From NCBI RefSeq assembly GCF_009914755.1, contig NC_060939.1: 64,000 nt of DNA; one strand, written 5' to 3'. Source of the stretch: the human T2T-CHM13v2.0 reference genome, Homo sapiens. The position numbers and the translations under genes were made by a program. This document shows positions 41,904 through 58,300 of this stretch, one piece after another; the stretch's first letter is position 1, and every line of letters begins with the position of its first letter. The notes under the pieces are model-generated. The model worked only from the letters and a program-made list of their open reading frames with translations. It was not told the DNA's origin and made no database searches.

Positions 41904-42677
41904 TCAAATAAATAAACACTTGTTTATAAATATATAACTTTTACATCAACCTTAAACATCAGTCTTAAGGCTTGCATCAGTACTAGATCTGGCCACAGAT
42001 TTTAGTTGCAAAATTGCTAACTAAACCAACCCCAGATGATTTAAGTAGAAAATATTTTATTAAAAGAATATTGGAGGAATTTCAGTTTCAGTAATGGCAG
42101 AGTAGCTTGTCTAGGAAAATTCCCTTTCCCAAAAATCTATGATAAACTCTGGATAAAATATAAAAAAGAAAACCCCAACTATTTGAAGACACCGTAGAGT
42201 ATCCAAAAAGAGGCATAAGCTTGATTAGATGCTTGGAAAAGGGAACAAAACTAGGTGAAGTCTCCATTGATGCAGCTTTGTTCATAAAGGTATTCACCAG
42301 TCCCCATGACATGGGACAGAGAGAATTCAAGAAGAAAGTGGCGGTATTATTGGCTCGATGTTTCAGAGAATAGAATTTAGGGATGCCAGAACAGCTATAA
42401 AATGAAGAGGAGAAAGTCCTGAAAAAGAAAAACCTATGGATGGGAGAGTCTTTAAATATGTATATGAGCTTCCTTCAAATCTGTGACTATACATGTATGG
42501 GAGAGGCTTCAAATAGCAGAAAAGAAAGCAAAAGCTAGAAGTGTGAAAAAGCAGAACACTGCAACTCATTGCAGGGGAGACAGTTTGAAGTTTGAATCTA
42601 TCCAAGTAAAGAGGCTTCGTAAACACCTTAGGCCTTCCATTGAAACCTTAGGAGGGAATACCTTTAGAGTGCTTGCT

Positions 42678-43338
<661 letters not shown>

Positions 43339-43591
43339 CTATTACAAGAAAAAATTCCAAAGAGAAGCACCGTAGCAAAATATAATACCAAGCCTCCAGA
43401 AGTTCAAACTTTTCATCCAGTAAACTGATGGCTAGATAAACATATTTTCCACAATAACCAATATACAACAAAAATAATTAGAAAAACTACATATGCAAAA
43501 AAAAAAAAAAAGCTGAAAACTATAACCCATAATCAAAAGACAAAGCAGTCAATAGGAACAGAAATTAAGATGATCAATACATTAGAATTAG

Positions 43592-43906
<315 letters not shown>

Positions 43907-44086
43907 AAAGATTCTTAAGTTATAAAAATATTTAAGTACTTAAAAGATAAGACTATCATAATAACTGAACAGATGGGGAATTTCAGCAGAAAGGCTAGCA
44001 CATAGAAAAGAACCCATTTAGTTTCTAGAACTGAAAAGTATAATATCTAAAATAAAACCTTTACTAAATAAGCTTGTCTTCCAGAG

Positions 44087-44622
44087 CAGTGGTGGCCAAT
44101 CTGTTTGGCACCAGGGACTGTTTTGTGTAAGACAATTTTTTCACAGATCAGGGTCAGGGTAGGAGAAGGTTTCAGGATGATTCAAGCACATTACATTTAT
44201 TGTGTACTTTATTTCTATTATTATTTCATTGTACTATATAATGAAATAATTATATAACTCACCATAATGTAGAATCAGTAGAAGCCCTGAGCTTGTTTTC
44301 CTGCAACTAGACAGTCTGATCTGGGGGTGATGGGAGGCAGTGACAGATCATCAGGCATTAGATTCTCATAAGGAGCATGCAACCTAGATCCCTCCCATGC
44401 ACACTCATGATAGGGTTTGGGCACCTATGAAAATCTAATACCACCACTGATCTGACAGGAGGTGGAGCTCAGGCAGTAATGCAAGGAATAGTGATGGTGA
44501 GTGGCCATAAATACAGATGAAACGTCATTCACTTTCCTGCCACTCACCTTCTGCTGTGTGGCCCAGTTCCTAATAGGCCACGAGCCAGTACCAGTCCATA
44601 GCCTGAGGGTTGAGGACTCCTG
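44087..44622 (+). mobile_element. MER1A (hAT-Charlie)
   Basis: tttggcaccagggact..gcattagattctcataaggagc..gaggactcctg; 8-bp TSD-like ttccagag/ccctagag. Confidence 0.9.
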
Positions 44623-44745
44623 CCCTAGAGCCTCTAGATAGAAACACAGCCTGGCTGACATATTCATTTTAGCCACTAAGACTCATTTCAGACTTCTGTC
44701 TTACAGAGCTATAAGGTAATACATTTGTGTTGCTTTAAGCTACTG
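44623..44745 (+). mobile_element. MLT1 LTR 3' fragment
   Basis: gactcatttcagacttctg..atacatttgtgttgctttaagc. Confidence 0.7.
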
Positions 44746-45312
44746 GTTTTTGGTTACAGGTGGTGTTTGGTTACATGAGTAAGTTCTTTAGTGGTGATTT
44801 GTGGGAGTTTGGTGCACCCATCACCTGATAGTTTGTTAAAACTAATGCAGAGGTTATTTATGCTGAAGGAATTAACACTGGATAGAAACTTAGACCTATG
44901 GGAAGAAATAAGGGGCACAGAAAATGGTAAATAAGTAAGTAGATATAAATAAGTGTTTTTTATTCCTCTGTTTAATCATTTAAAATACAACAGTAGTTTA
45001 ATGCAAAATTTACAACATTTTATATGTGGATGTAAAATATATGACAACAACAGTATGTGGTGTGAGGGGTGCAAATGGAACTACACTCTTGCAGGTGCCT
45101 TACCTTTATATAATGCAGCACAATATTAACATCTACATAGTCTGAGATAAATCAATGATATATATTGTAAAACCAAAGTAATCAGTAAAAAATACTAAGA
45201 AAGGTATAGCTAAAAAAAAAAAGTGTTAGAAGAATTAAAATAAAATCCTAAAAAAAATCCATTTCACGCAAAGAAGACAGGAAAGGAGAAACAAACCAAT
45301 AATAAAAAAGAA

Positions 45313-45605
45313 GGCTGGGTATAACGCCTGTAATCCCAGCACTTTGTGGGGCTGAGATGGGGAGATCGTCGAGCCCAGGAGTTTGAGACCAGCCTGGGCA
45401 ATATAGCAAGACCCTGTCTCTACAGAAAAAATACAAAAATTAGCCAGGTGTGGTGGTGCATGCCTCTAGTTCCAGCTACTTGGGAAGCTAAGGCAGGATG
45501 ATCACTTGAGCGTGGGGAGGTCGAGGCTGCAGTGAGCTGTGATTATGCCACTGCACTCTGGCCTGGGGGACAGAGTGAGAACCTGTCTTAAATTAAAAAA
45601 AAAAA
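45313..45605 (+). mobile_element. AluJ
   Basis: gagcccaggagtttgagaccagcctgggcaatatagcaagacc; ggtcgaggctgcagtgagct. Confidence 0.92.
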
Positions 45606-45942
<337 letters not shown>

Positions 45943-46894
45943 TTAAGCCAAATATATTGATAATTACCATAAATATAAATGGGCTATGCATTCCAATTAA
46001 AAGGCACAGATTGTCAAACTGGTTAAAAAAGAAAGATCCAACTCCATGCTGCATTTTGGTTGTAAGCTACTAAAAGAGTTGTGTTTTAATTCTAAAAAGG
46101 TTGAAAGTAAATGGATTGAAAAAAGATATACTATGCAAATAGTAATCATAAGAAGGCTGTATTGATATCAGAAAAAGTAGACATATATACAAGGTGTATT
46201 ACCAAAAGTGTAGAGGGACAATGAAGAAAAGGTTAATTCATCAAAGAAGCATAGCAATTACAAATATGTATTCAGATAACCATCAACTTTCAAAACATGA
46301 GAACTCAAACTGACAGAACTCAAAAGAAAAAATAGACACCTCTGAAATCATAATTGGAGATTTTTAACACAACTTTTTGTAATTAGTGGAAAAAGTAGAG
46401 AATCCATCAGTAAGGATGTAGAACATTTGAACAATGCTATCATCCACAAACAGATTGTCATTTATAGAACAATTATCTATCAAAATAAGACTACACCACT
46501 TGGAACAGACACCCAAACAGATTATGTGCCGAAAATTGAATGTCTGAGTAAGATTAAAAACATTGAAATCATACAGAACATATTCTTTCATCAAAAGGAA
46601 GATTAGTTAGAAATCAATCGCAGTAACGTATCTGAGAAAGTCCAATATTTGGAAATTAAGCAACATCCACTTCTAAATAACGTATAGGTTAAAGAAGAAT
46701 GTTAGAAACAATTTCGAACTGAGTGAAAATGGAAATAAAAATATGTGAACTCTGGGATTCAAGTCAGCCAATACCTAGAAGGAAGTTTATAGCTTTAAAT
46801 GCTTATATTAGAAAATGAGAAAGTTTTAAGTTCAGTGATCTAAATTCCTATTTGGAGAACTTCAAAGAGATGAACAAATCAAACCCAGAAAAAG

Positions 46895-47364
46895 TGTTGC
46901 CGGTGGAGGGTGTCCAGGTTCTTGGCGTCTTGAACAAAGAACTGGACAAAATACACAAACAAAGCAAAGAAAGAATGAAGAAACAAAGGCAGAAATTTAT
47001 TGAAAATGGAGGTACACTCCGCAAACTAGGAACAGGCAGAGCATAGGGGCTCAAGAGCTGGGTTACAGAATTTTCTGGGGTTTAGATACTCTCTAGAGTT
47101 TCCCATTGTTTACTTGGTATACATCCTGTGCAAATGAAGTAGTGCCTGGCAATCAATCTGATTGGTTGTGGAAAGCAACCAATCAGAGACATTTTCAATT
47201 TTCCATCTGCCACACACAAAAACAGGGGGCAGCAGGAAGGACTAGCCTCTGGTCCTTTTGTTACTTAGGTGTGGAAAGTTGTGGTTTTCCTTTTGATTTA
47301 GTTCTAGAAAGTCAGCATGAATGGCCTTAGGTTCCCTGCCCCCAGACCCTATTCTCCTGCCTCT
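46895..47364 (-). mobile_element. MER51-family solo LTR (ERV1) inside L1
   Basis: gtccaggttcttggcgtcttgaacaaagaa..ccttaggttccctgcccccagaccctattctcctgcctc. Confidence 0.85.
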
Positions 47365-49427
47365 GTAGGAGGAAATTTAAGATTCACAGAAATAAATAAA
47401 ATACAAAGCAAACAACAGAAAAACCTAACAAAGACACAAGTTAGTTCTTTGAAAAGATTAATACAATTGATAAGACCCTAGGAAAAATAAAGAAAATTAA
47501 AAATACCAGTCTCAAGAATAAAGGAGAGGATATTACTGCAGATTCTATGGACATTAAGAGAATAACAAGAGTACATAATGAGTGAATTTATGCCAATAAA
47601 TTAAACTCAGGCAAAGTTGACAAATTTCTTGAAAAACTAAAATTATAAAAACTAATACGAGTTAATAAAAAATATGAAAAGCCCATAACTATTATAGAAA
47701 TTGATTTTTTGATCAAAAACCTTCTCCCAAAGAAAAATCCAAGTAATATGGTTTGTTGATGCATTGTAGCAAACATTTAAGAAAGAAATAATAGTGAACT
47801 TCATAAATTTTAAATAAAACATCAACAAAAGAACCTAGAAAACTTCCCACCTCATTTGATGAAGTCAGCACAACCCTGATACGCAAATCAGACAAGGACA
47901 AGAAAGAAAATTGTAGGTCAATATCACCTATGGACATATGCACAAAAATCCTTAAGAAAATATAAGCAAATCAAATCATTTAGAATACAGACAGAATAAA
48001 ACATCATATTAAAGAGGGAGGTATGTCTCAGGAATGCAAAGAGTTTAAAATTTAAAAACAAGTAAATATAATTCACCATATTTACCTAACAAATAAAAAA
48101 ATCCAATCATTTCAATAGATTCAGAAAAGGCATTTGAGAAAATTCCATATTTTTCATGATAGTAACTCTCAGGAAATTAGGAATAAAGAGTACTTCCTTA
48201 ATTTGGTGAAAAGCATTTACTATAAACCTATGGTTAGCATCATACTTAGTGGTGAGATATGGTATGCCTTTCCTCAGAAGACCAGAAAGAAGGCAAGGAT
48301 GTCCACCTTTATCACTTCAGTTTAATATTTTTCTGAAAGTCCTAGCTAGTAGCATAAGGAAAGAAAAAGAAATAAAAGGCCTAAAGAATGGAAAGGAAGA
48401 AAGCAAAACTCTATTTATTTGTACGTGACATAATCATGTGTTTAGAAAATCTGAGGAATATTTTAAAGTTACAGAATAACTGTTTTTAGCAGGACATGGG
48501 ATACAATTTCAATATACAAAATAAAATATATTTTCATGTTTTAGCAACAAAAAATTGGGAGATGAAATAATAAATTGTGCATTTTCATTTAAATAAGATA
48601 AAAAGAAAGTTATTACAGATAATTTTCAGTCAGAAATAAAATATTTTCGTCAGAAAATAAAATTTCTGTAAGACTTCTACATAAAAAATCATTAAACATT
48701 AAGAAATTAAAGAATACATAAAATAGGAAAACCATATTCATAAATTGGAAGAATCAATATTAAGATATTATTTTCTTCTAATTGGTTTATAGATTCGGCA
48801 AAATCTTATTCAGAATACCAACAGTCTTTTTTCTTTCTTGTGGAATTGATAAGCCCATTCTGAAATTTATGTGGAATTGCAAACAACCTAGAATAACTGA
48901 GACAGTTTTGGAAGAAAAGATGTTGGAAGGTCTGAACTCCCTGGTTTTGACTTCCTTGATAGTCAAGGCACAAACGAGTTATGACTGCTTTTCTTTTTCA
49001 AAGAATATTGTGCACAGTTTCAAAGTTTGTGATGATTTTCATCTCTGCAGTCAATTACAGGTGAAAGGAGGCTCAAAGGTAAAATTGGATCATGCACACA
49101 ATTGTGCAGCTCAGCTGGCAGTGCTTGACATTTTTGGCCTAATTTAAGGGAAACAGTCTACTCTTTGCTACATGGTTGTCTGTCTGCTAACCACACCTGA
49201 CATTATAGCTGTACAAAGTGATGAGACGCCAAACCATAAGAAATGCAGTAAGTCTTCTTGCTACTCTTCCTACTGTCATACTATTCAAGTAATTTGTTAA
49301 GCACCTACTATAAGTCAGTTACTATCCTGGGTGCAGGGAAGACATAAATTAATGTCTAAGCTCACAGTCTCAAGAAGAGAGGTAAGAAAATAGATACATG
49401 CTGTACATTCTATTACAGCGATATTCT

Positions 49428-49850
49428 ATTAATCAGGAAGGTTAGAATATGCTACAATAAACAGCCCCGGTGTTTTATTGGCTAACCAAAGGAAAGGCTT
49501 ATTTCTTGCTCACACATAATCAGAGTTCTGTGGGTCTAGGCATTTTTCCATGACAACTGTTCTTCATGTGGCACTTTGGCAAACGGAGACACGGAACTTG
49601 CACTATGCTGAAGCTTCAGGGAACATGTGACCTTAGTTGATGTGAGAGGCAGGGAAAGAAGGGTGGAAAATCACCTACATTTCTTAAATTCTTTAGCCTG
49701 CAAGTGATGCTAATTATTTCCACTCACATATCACTGGCCCAAGTAAGTCACATAGCCTGCCTAACTTCAAACTAATGGAAAATATACTCTTTAATGTGCT
49801 GGGAAGGAGAGGGAATTTCAATAAGTTGCTGATTATTAGAGATGTCTACC
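49428..49850 (-). mobile_element. Old MaLR LTR (MLT1I/J-like) within L2 relics
   Basis: ttatttcttgctcac..tttccactcacatatcactggcc..agtcacatagcc. Confidence 0.6.
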
Positions 49851-51249
49851 GTACAGGCAGAATGTTCTGTTGAGGAGAGCACAAAGGAGCAAGAATCTGA
49901 GAGTGTGTGATTAAGAGAGGTTAGGGGGCAGCTTCTTGAAAGAAGCAGCATCTTTAAGAATAAAGAGGAGCTGCCTTTTGAAGAAAGGAGAAAGTAAATT
50001 CCAGGCGGATGGAACCACATGCACTAAGGTATGAATATATTGGCATAATTATCAGTCGTTGACATCTGCAGAGAGAAGGGTAGACAGAGGGACAGAAGAA
50101 TGTCGGTGGATATAGCCAGCACATAGACCTTCGAGTGCCCCTTTAAATAATGGAATAATGGAATAGAAGCAGGGTTTGCAGTAATTTCCATACAAGAATA
50201 TAAGGGATTTTGACACCATTCTTACTTAGTATGAAAACAATAATTCAAGGAGTTCGTAAGCAGATTAGGACCAGAGAAATAGTTTCCCAACTTGAAGAAA
50301 CTTAACAGAAGTTAAAGGAGCATTTGAAGAAGGGGCTCATCGTAATGTTATTCTCAGACCTCAGACTGCAAACTTCATTCAGAGCAGAAGTCATTCCTAT
50401 CTGATTCTAGGATCATTCTAGGATAGACAGAATCATGCTGTTATGTCTTCTTGGGAAAACTATATTTCATATTCTTTTCCCTCTATAAATACAGATTGAA
50501 TAGGTTTACTTTTTTCCAACATCTTTTTTCCTTATGAAAATTTCCTAGTGATGGTAGGAAGCATCTCTGGCTCCCATAAGGCCCTGGGAGAGTTTCACTC
50601 CAGCAGTGTTTTATGTAACATGTAAAATGACTGGAGGGCAGATTGGTTTTGGTGGTGAATCAGCAAGCTGCAAGTTCTCATTAACTGTTCAACAGGAACA
50701 ACATCAAAAGTGAGTGTTCCCTGTCATACCGTTGGTATAAATCTTGTGGATCAGTTTGAGGATTTCAAGGGCAATTTGCCCCAGTTACACATGTTCTTTG
50801 GAAAGCAACAAATAAGCATGTAGCTCAATAGCCAGGAATTTGAGCCAAAGAAACGTATTTCTTTGGGTCCACTGTAATTATTACGAGTTCTTGTATTCTT
50901 TTCTTGTGGGAGAACATGACCAGCAAGCAGCACAGTAATATATGAATAAAACATGAATTTTAGATTTTCAAAGAAAACTTAATGTTGATCTTATCTGAAT
51001 ATCATTTTACAAATGGAAACAATGTATTCAAAGTCACATAGCCGGTAATACTAGCAACTAGAACCAAGATCTGTTGACTTAAAGCTCAGTGATCTTTCTT
51101 ATATTTTAAAATAAATGTAATTAATAAAAATAATAGAACTGAGTTAATGAAAATTAAGTTTCACTAAGATTAATAAAACCTAGGTTTTATTAATTCAAAT
51201 CCAAATGAGTCGCTTTTATTACTATTAGTAGTAGTATTTGCCCATACTA

Positions 51250-52760
<1,511 letters not shown>

Positions 52761-53324
52761 TATACCATAGAGACTAAAATCTTTGGAAATGCAGAAACAT
52801 TTTATTTCGGTCCTATTCTATAAAAGAATTAGAGCTAGAGAGGGAGGGTAAATGGGTCTCTTGGAAAGGATATGGAGATCCACCAGATGCCATTCTTGTG
52901 CTTTTTCATTGAGAGCTGAGCCCACTAGTATCTGGCATGTTAAATTCCCAAGAATCTGGAAGGAAGACAGTCTCATCCTTGCCAAAATAAACCTTCATTC
53001 CAACATTGACAACAAGTAGCAGCTTGTATTCCAAAGGACACAGGGCTGGAAAATCTACATTCTGTACCTAACACCCCCAAAATGTTCAAGCTGCTCTTCC
53101 CATCATTGAAAACTGAGTGCACAAGAAATTCTTAAATATGGTTAGCAACTTACAATTCTGAGTTCTAACTTCCTGCTACAACACGTGCTGGTCTCCTGCA
53201 GGTACACATGGCTTCCTGGCAGTACCTGTCAGTATCCTCTCAGATGCAGCCGTCTTGTGGCTTCTACAGCAAAGGACTGATTTAAAAATTGAGCCTGGGT
53301 TCTACTGGTACATGTTTGATAGTA

Positions 53325-53560
53325 AGGATGATAACAGTAATGGATAACATTTATTAAGACCTCATATGGGTGAGGTACTATGTAAATATTAATTATGTCA
53401 TGTAATCATTTCAAACCTCCAAGTACTCTATTTTACAAATCAGGAAAGTGAGACTTGAAGGATTTAGTAACTTGCCCTTGGTCACGGACTTAAGGAATTT
53501 GGTTTGAGTTGAGGCAATCTGATTTCCACATCAACTCTTAAATGTAATACGTACTGCTGC
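53325..53560 (-). mobile_element. MIR
   Basis: attttacaaatcaggaaagtgagac..agtaacttgcccttggtcac. Confidence 0.75.
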
Positions 53561-54218
53561 TACTGCTGTTGATACCTCTTATTCTAGAAAGTAATGGAAA
53601 TATTTGTTTTTAAGCAATAAACAGCTATCTTCAGAGTCATTTTAGCATTTTAAGTACAATTAAGAAATACATTAGTGTCCTATAACCATTTCAAATTCAA
53701 CATGTCCTATTTTCACATGAACCATCAAAATGTTCCCCAAATATTACTAATTTGGGATATGTATATTTACATTATACTTATGTATACGTTTGTTATTTAT
53801 GAATAAATTATGAACAAATTATGAGGTTATTAAACAATTATATGTATTTGTGTATAAAACTTGCTCCTAGAGACAGCTTGGAAGTCCTTTGTTGATTATT
53901 GTATCCTGAGTTTTACTTCAAAAAGAACAATTTCCATAATGCTCAGGTGTTATAACATTTTAAAATAATACTGAAAAGAGATAGGCACTGTGTTAGTACT
54001 TATTGGCATACCTAGTGTTTGCCAGGCAGAATGACTACATGATAAAGAATTAACTGCTTATTTTAGTCACTTGGCTTCCCCCAAATCTAACTCTCATCTC
54101 ACCAATTCCCTCATGTTTTCTTCATTTGCTGAACATTGTGTGTTGGCTTGGGTCACGGAAAATGGAATACCAGAAAACAGCAGGTGAGGCAACTCCTAAG
54201 AGGAAAATAGTGTACTTT

Positions 54219-54220
<2 letters not shown>

Positions 54221-54265
<45 letters not shown>
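54221..54265. repeat. (AG)22 microsatellite
   Basis: Pure tract. Confidence 0.97.
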
Positions 54266-54269
<4 letters not shown>

Positions 54270-55308
54270 AAACAAAGGACATTTCTTCTTTTTAAAGTAA
54301 GTTTTTTTTTTATTGTAAAAGCACGTAATTATTCAAGAAAATTTGGAAGTCACAGAAAGGGAAGAAAACTCTACTTATCGTTCTACCAGCCAAGGCAATC
54401 ACCGTTCATAGATTTGTGTATTTCCATCTTAACTCCTTTATTTGTATAGTTTTGTGCTTTTGTTTTTGATAATTATGATCATACCATAGAATGAAACCTG
54501 TTAGGTTTTGTTTTGCCTAGTATTATGGCAAGTGTTTTGTCAACATCGTCTGTATGAATACATACATGTTCCCCAATTTTAGCAGCATTCTACCTGAATA
54601 TAGGAGCACTTAAACGTTCAGTGCTACATGAGGTTGCTAAACAATAGACCTCCCTGCAGGTGTGTTCCCTGGCAGCTGTGTTGGCTATTGCCCTTCAAGT
54701 CTCCTCATATCTCCTCCTGAAGTCTCCAGTGCCTCCTGCCAAGGTTTCTTCTGGTTGCCATTCATTCAAGTTTTGGTGAATTCTAACCAGCAGCAGTGAT
54801 GTCTAATACTGCCCTTTCTAATGGCAAATATCTCCCATGAACTCTTAACTTGCTAATCTTTGGTAGGCCAATTCTTTGAAGGTATCTTGAGTCGCAGTAA
54901 AATGATTATTTTGGCATGCTGTCTGATATGCTGCTTAGGTGTTTTTGTTGTTGTTGTTTGTTTGTTTTTTCCCTGCATCTTCACAGGCTGGGAACTATCA
55001 CTTAATCACATTCCATCAGCTATTATGGGTTAAAACTCTCTCTCAGAGCCCAAAATAAATGTCAGAAAGAGAGATCACCTCAGAATAAACCAAATGCTTT
55101 TGGCAATCGCTCAAGTTAGGGAAATGGCAGTCATTGGCCAGGTTCTCATCTGTTTGGATTGGTTTAATGGCAATTAAAACATAGGGGCATATATATTAAC
55201 AGTGTACTAAAATACTGTGTGTGTGTTAAGGATAGTTGTGTGTGTGGGTGTGGGGGGTGGTTTTAAAAAATATTTCAGAAACTTTATGCCTTTCAATTAA
55301 GACATTTC

Positions 55309-58300
55309 TTTATTTTATTTATTTCCATAGGTTATTGGGGAACAGGTGGTGTTTGGTTACACGAATAAATTCTTTAGTGCTGATTTATGAGATTTTGGTG
55401 CACCTATCACCTGACCAGTATACACTATACCCAATTCGTAGTCTTTTATCCCTCACACTCTTTCCACCCTTTCACCCTGAGTCCCCAAAGTCTATTGTGT
55501 CATTCTTATGCCTTTGCATCCTCATATCTTAGCTCGCACTTATGAGTGAGAACATACAATGTTTGGTTTTCTATTCCTGGGTTACTTCACTTAGAATAAT
55601 AGTCTCCAATTTCATTCAGGTTGCTGGGAATGTGAAAAATCCATTCCTTTTTTATGGCTGAGTAATATTCCATCATATATATATGTATATACCACAGTTT
55701 CTTTATCCACTTGTTTATTGATGGGCATTTGGGTTGGTTCCACATTTTTGCAATTGCAAATTGTGCTGCTATAAATATGGGTGTGCAAATATCTTTTTCA
55801 TATTACTTTTTTTCCTCTGGGTAGATACCCAGCAGTGGGGTTGCTGAATCAAATGGTAATTCCACTTTTAGTTCTTTAAGGACTCTCCAGTGTTTTCCAT
55901 AGTGGTTGTACTAGTTTACATTCCTACACTTCTATACTAGAAGTGTACCCTGTTCACCTTCACCGCATCACCCCAACATCCATTTATTTTTATTTTTTTT
56001 GACTATGGCCGTTCTTGCAGGAGTAAGATGGTGTCACATTGTGGTTTTGATTTGCATTTCCCTGGTCATTAGTGATGCTGAGCATTTTTTCGTATGTATG
56101 TTGGCCATTTGTATATTTTCTTTTGAGAATTGTCTATTCATGTCCTTACTCCACTTTTTGATGGGATTTTTTTTCTTGCTAATTTGTTTGAGCTTGTTGT
56201 AGATTCTGAATATTAATCCTTTGTCAGATGTATAGATTGTGAAGATTTTCTCCAAGTCTGTGGGTTGTCTGTTTACTCTGCTGACTGTTCCTTTGCTAGG
56301 CAAAAGCTCTTTAGTTTAATTAAGTCCCAGCTATTTATCTTTGTTTTTATTTGTTTTTGGGTTCTCCGTCATGAAATCCTTGCCTAAGCCAATGTCTAGA
56401 AGGGTTTTTCTGATGTTATCATCTAGAATTTTTATAGTTTCACATCTTGGATTTAAGTCTTTGATCCATCTTGAGTTGATTCTTGTATAAGATGAGAGAT
56501 GAGGATCCAGTTTCTTTCTCCTATATGTGGCTAGCCAATTATCCCAGCACCATTTGTTGAATAGAGTGTCCTTTCCCCACTTTATGTTTCTGTTTGCTTT
56601 GTCACAGATCAGTTGGCTGTAAGTATTTGGGTTTATTTCTGGGTTCTCTATTCTGTCCCATTGGTCTATGTGCCTGTTTTTGTACCAGTACCATGCTGTT
56701 TTGGTGACTATGGCCTTACAGTATAGTTTGAAATCAGGTAACGTGATGCCTTCAGATTTGTTCTCTTTGCTTAGTCTTGCTTTGGTTATGTGGACTCTTT
56801 TTTGGTTCCATATGAATTTTAGGATTTTTTTTTATTGTTCTGTGAAGAACTGGAAAAGGTGGTATTGTGATGGGAATTCCATTAAATTTGTAGATTGCTT
56901 TTGTCAGTATGGTCATTTTCACAATATTGATTCTACCTATCCATGAACAAGGGACATGTTTCCATTTGTTTGTGCTGTCTCTGATTTCTTTCAGCAGGGT
57001 TTTGTAGTTTTCTTTGTAGAGGTCTTTCACCTCCTTGGTTAGGTGTATTCCCAAGTTTTTGTTGTTGTTGTTTTGTTTTTTTTTGCCGCTATTGTAAAAG
57101 GGGTTGAGTTCTTGGTTTGATTCTCAGCTTGGTCGCTATTGGTGTACAGGACAGCTGCTGATTTGTGTACATTAATTTTGTATCCAGAAACTTTGCTGGA
57201 GTTCTAGGAGCTTTTTGGAGGAGTCTTTAGGGTTTTCTAGGTATACAATCATACCATCAGCAGAGACAGTTTGACTTCCTCTTTACTGATTTGGATGCAC
57301 TTTATTTCTTTCTCTTGTCTGATTGCTCTTTTTAGAACTTCAAGTACTTATGTTGAAGAGAAGTAGTGAGATTGGGCATCCTTGTCTTGTTCCAGTTCTC
57401 AGAGTGAATGCTTTGAACTTTTCCCCATTTAGTATTATGTTGGCTGTGGGTTTGTCATAGATGGCTTTTATTACATTGAGTTATGCCTCTTGTATGCCGA
57501 TTTTGCTGAGAGTTTAAATCATAAAGGGATGCTGGATTTTGTTTAATTTGCTGTGTCTATTGAGATGATCATGTGATTTTTGTTTTTAATTCTGTTTATG
57601 TGGTGTATCACATTTATTGATTTGTATATGTTAAATCATTCCTGCATCTCTGGTATAAAACCCACTTGGTCATGGTGGATTATCTTTTTGATATGTTGTT
57701 GGATTAGGTTAGCTAGTATTTTGTTAAGGATTTTTGCATCTATGTTCAACAGGGATATTGGTCTGTAGTTTTCTTTTTTGTTTATGCCTTTCCTGGTTTT
57801 TGTATTAGGGTGATAGCGGCTTCATAGAATGATTTAGGGAGGATTCCCTCTTTGTCTTGTGGAATAGTGTCAATAGGATTGGTACCAATTCTTCTTCGAA
57901 TGTCTGGTAGAATTCAGCTTTGAAACCATCTGGTCCTGGATTTTTCTTGTTGTTGTTGTTGTTAATTTTTAAATTACCATTTCAATCTCACTGCTTATTA
58001 TTGGTCTGTTCAGGGTATCTAATTCTTTCTGATTTAAGCTAGGAGGTTAGTATCTTTCCAGGAATTTATCCGTCTCATCTAGGTTTTCTAGTTTTTGTAC
58101 ATAAAGGTGTTTATAGTACACTTGAATGATCTTTTGTATTTCTGTGGTCAGTTGCAGTATCTCCTGTTTTGTCTCTAGTTGAGCTTATTTGGATTTTCTC
58201 TCTTCTTTTCTTGGTTAATCTTGCTAATGGTCTATCAATTTTATTTATCTTTTCAAAAAACCAGCTTTTTGTTTCACTTTCGTATTTTTTTTTGTTTGTT

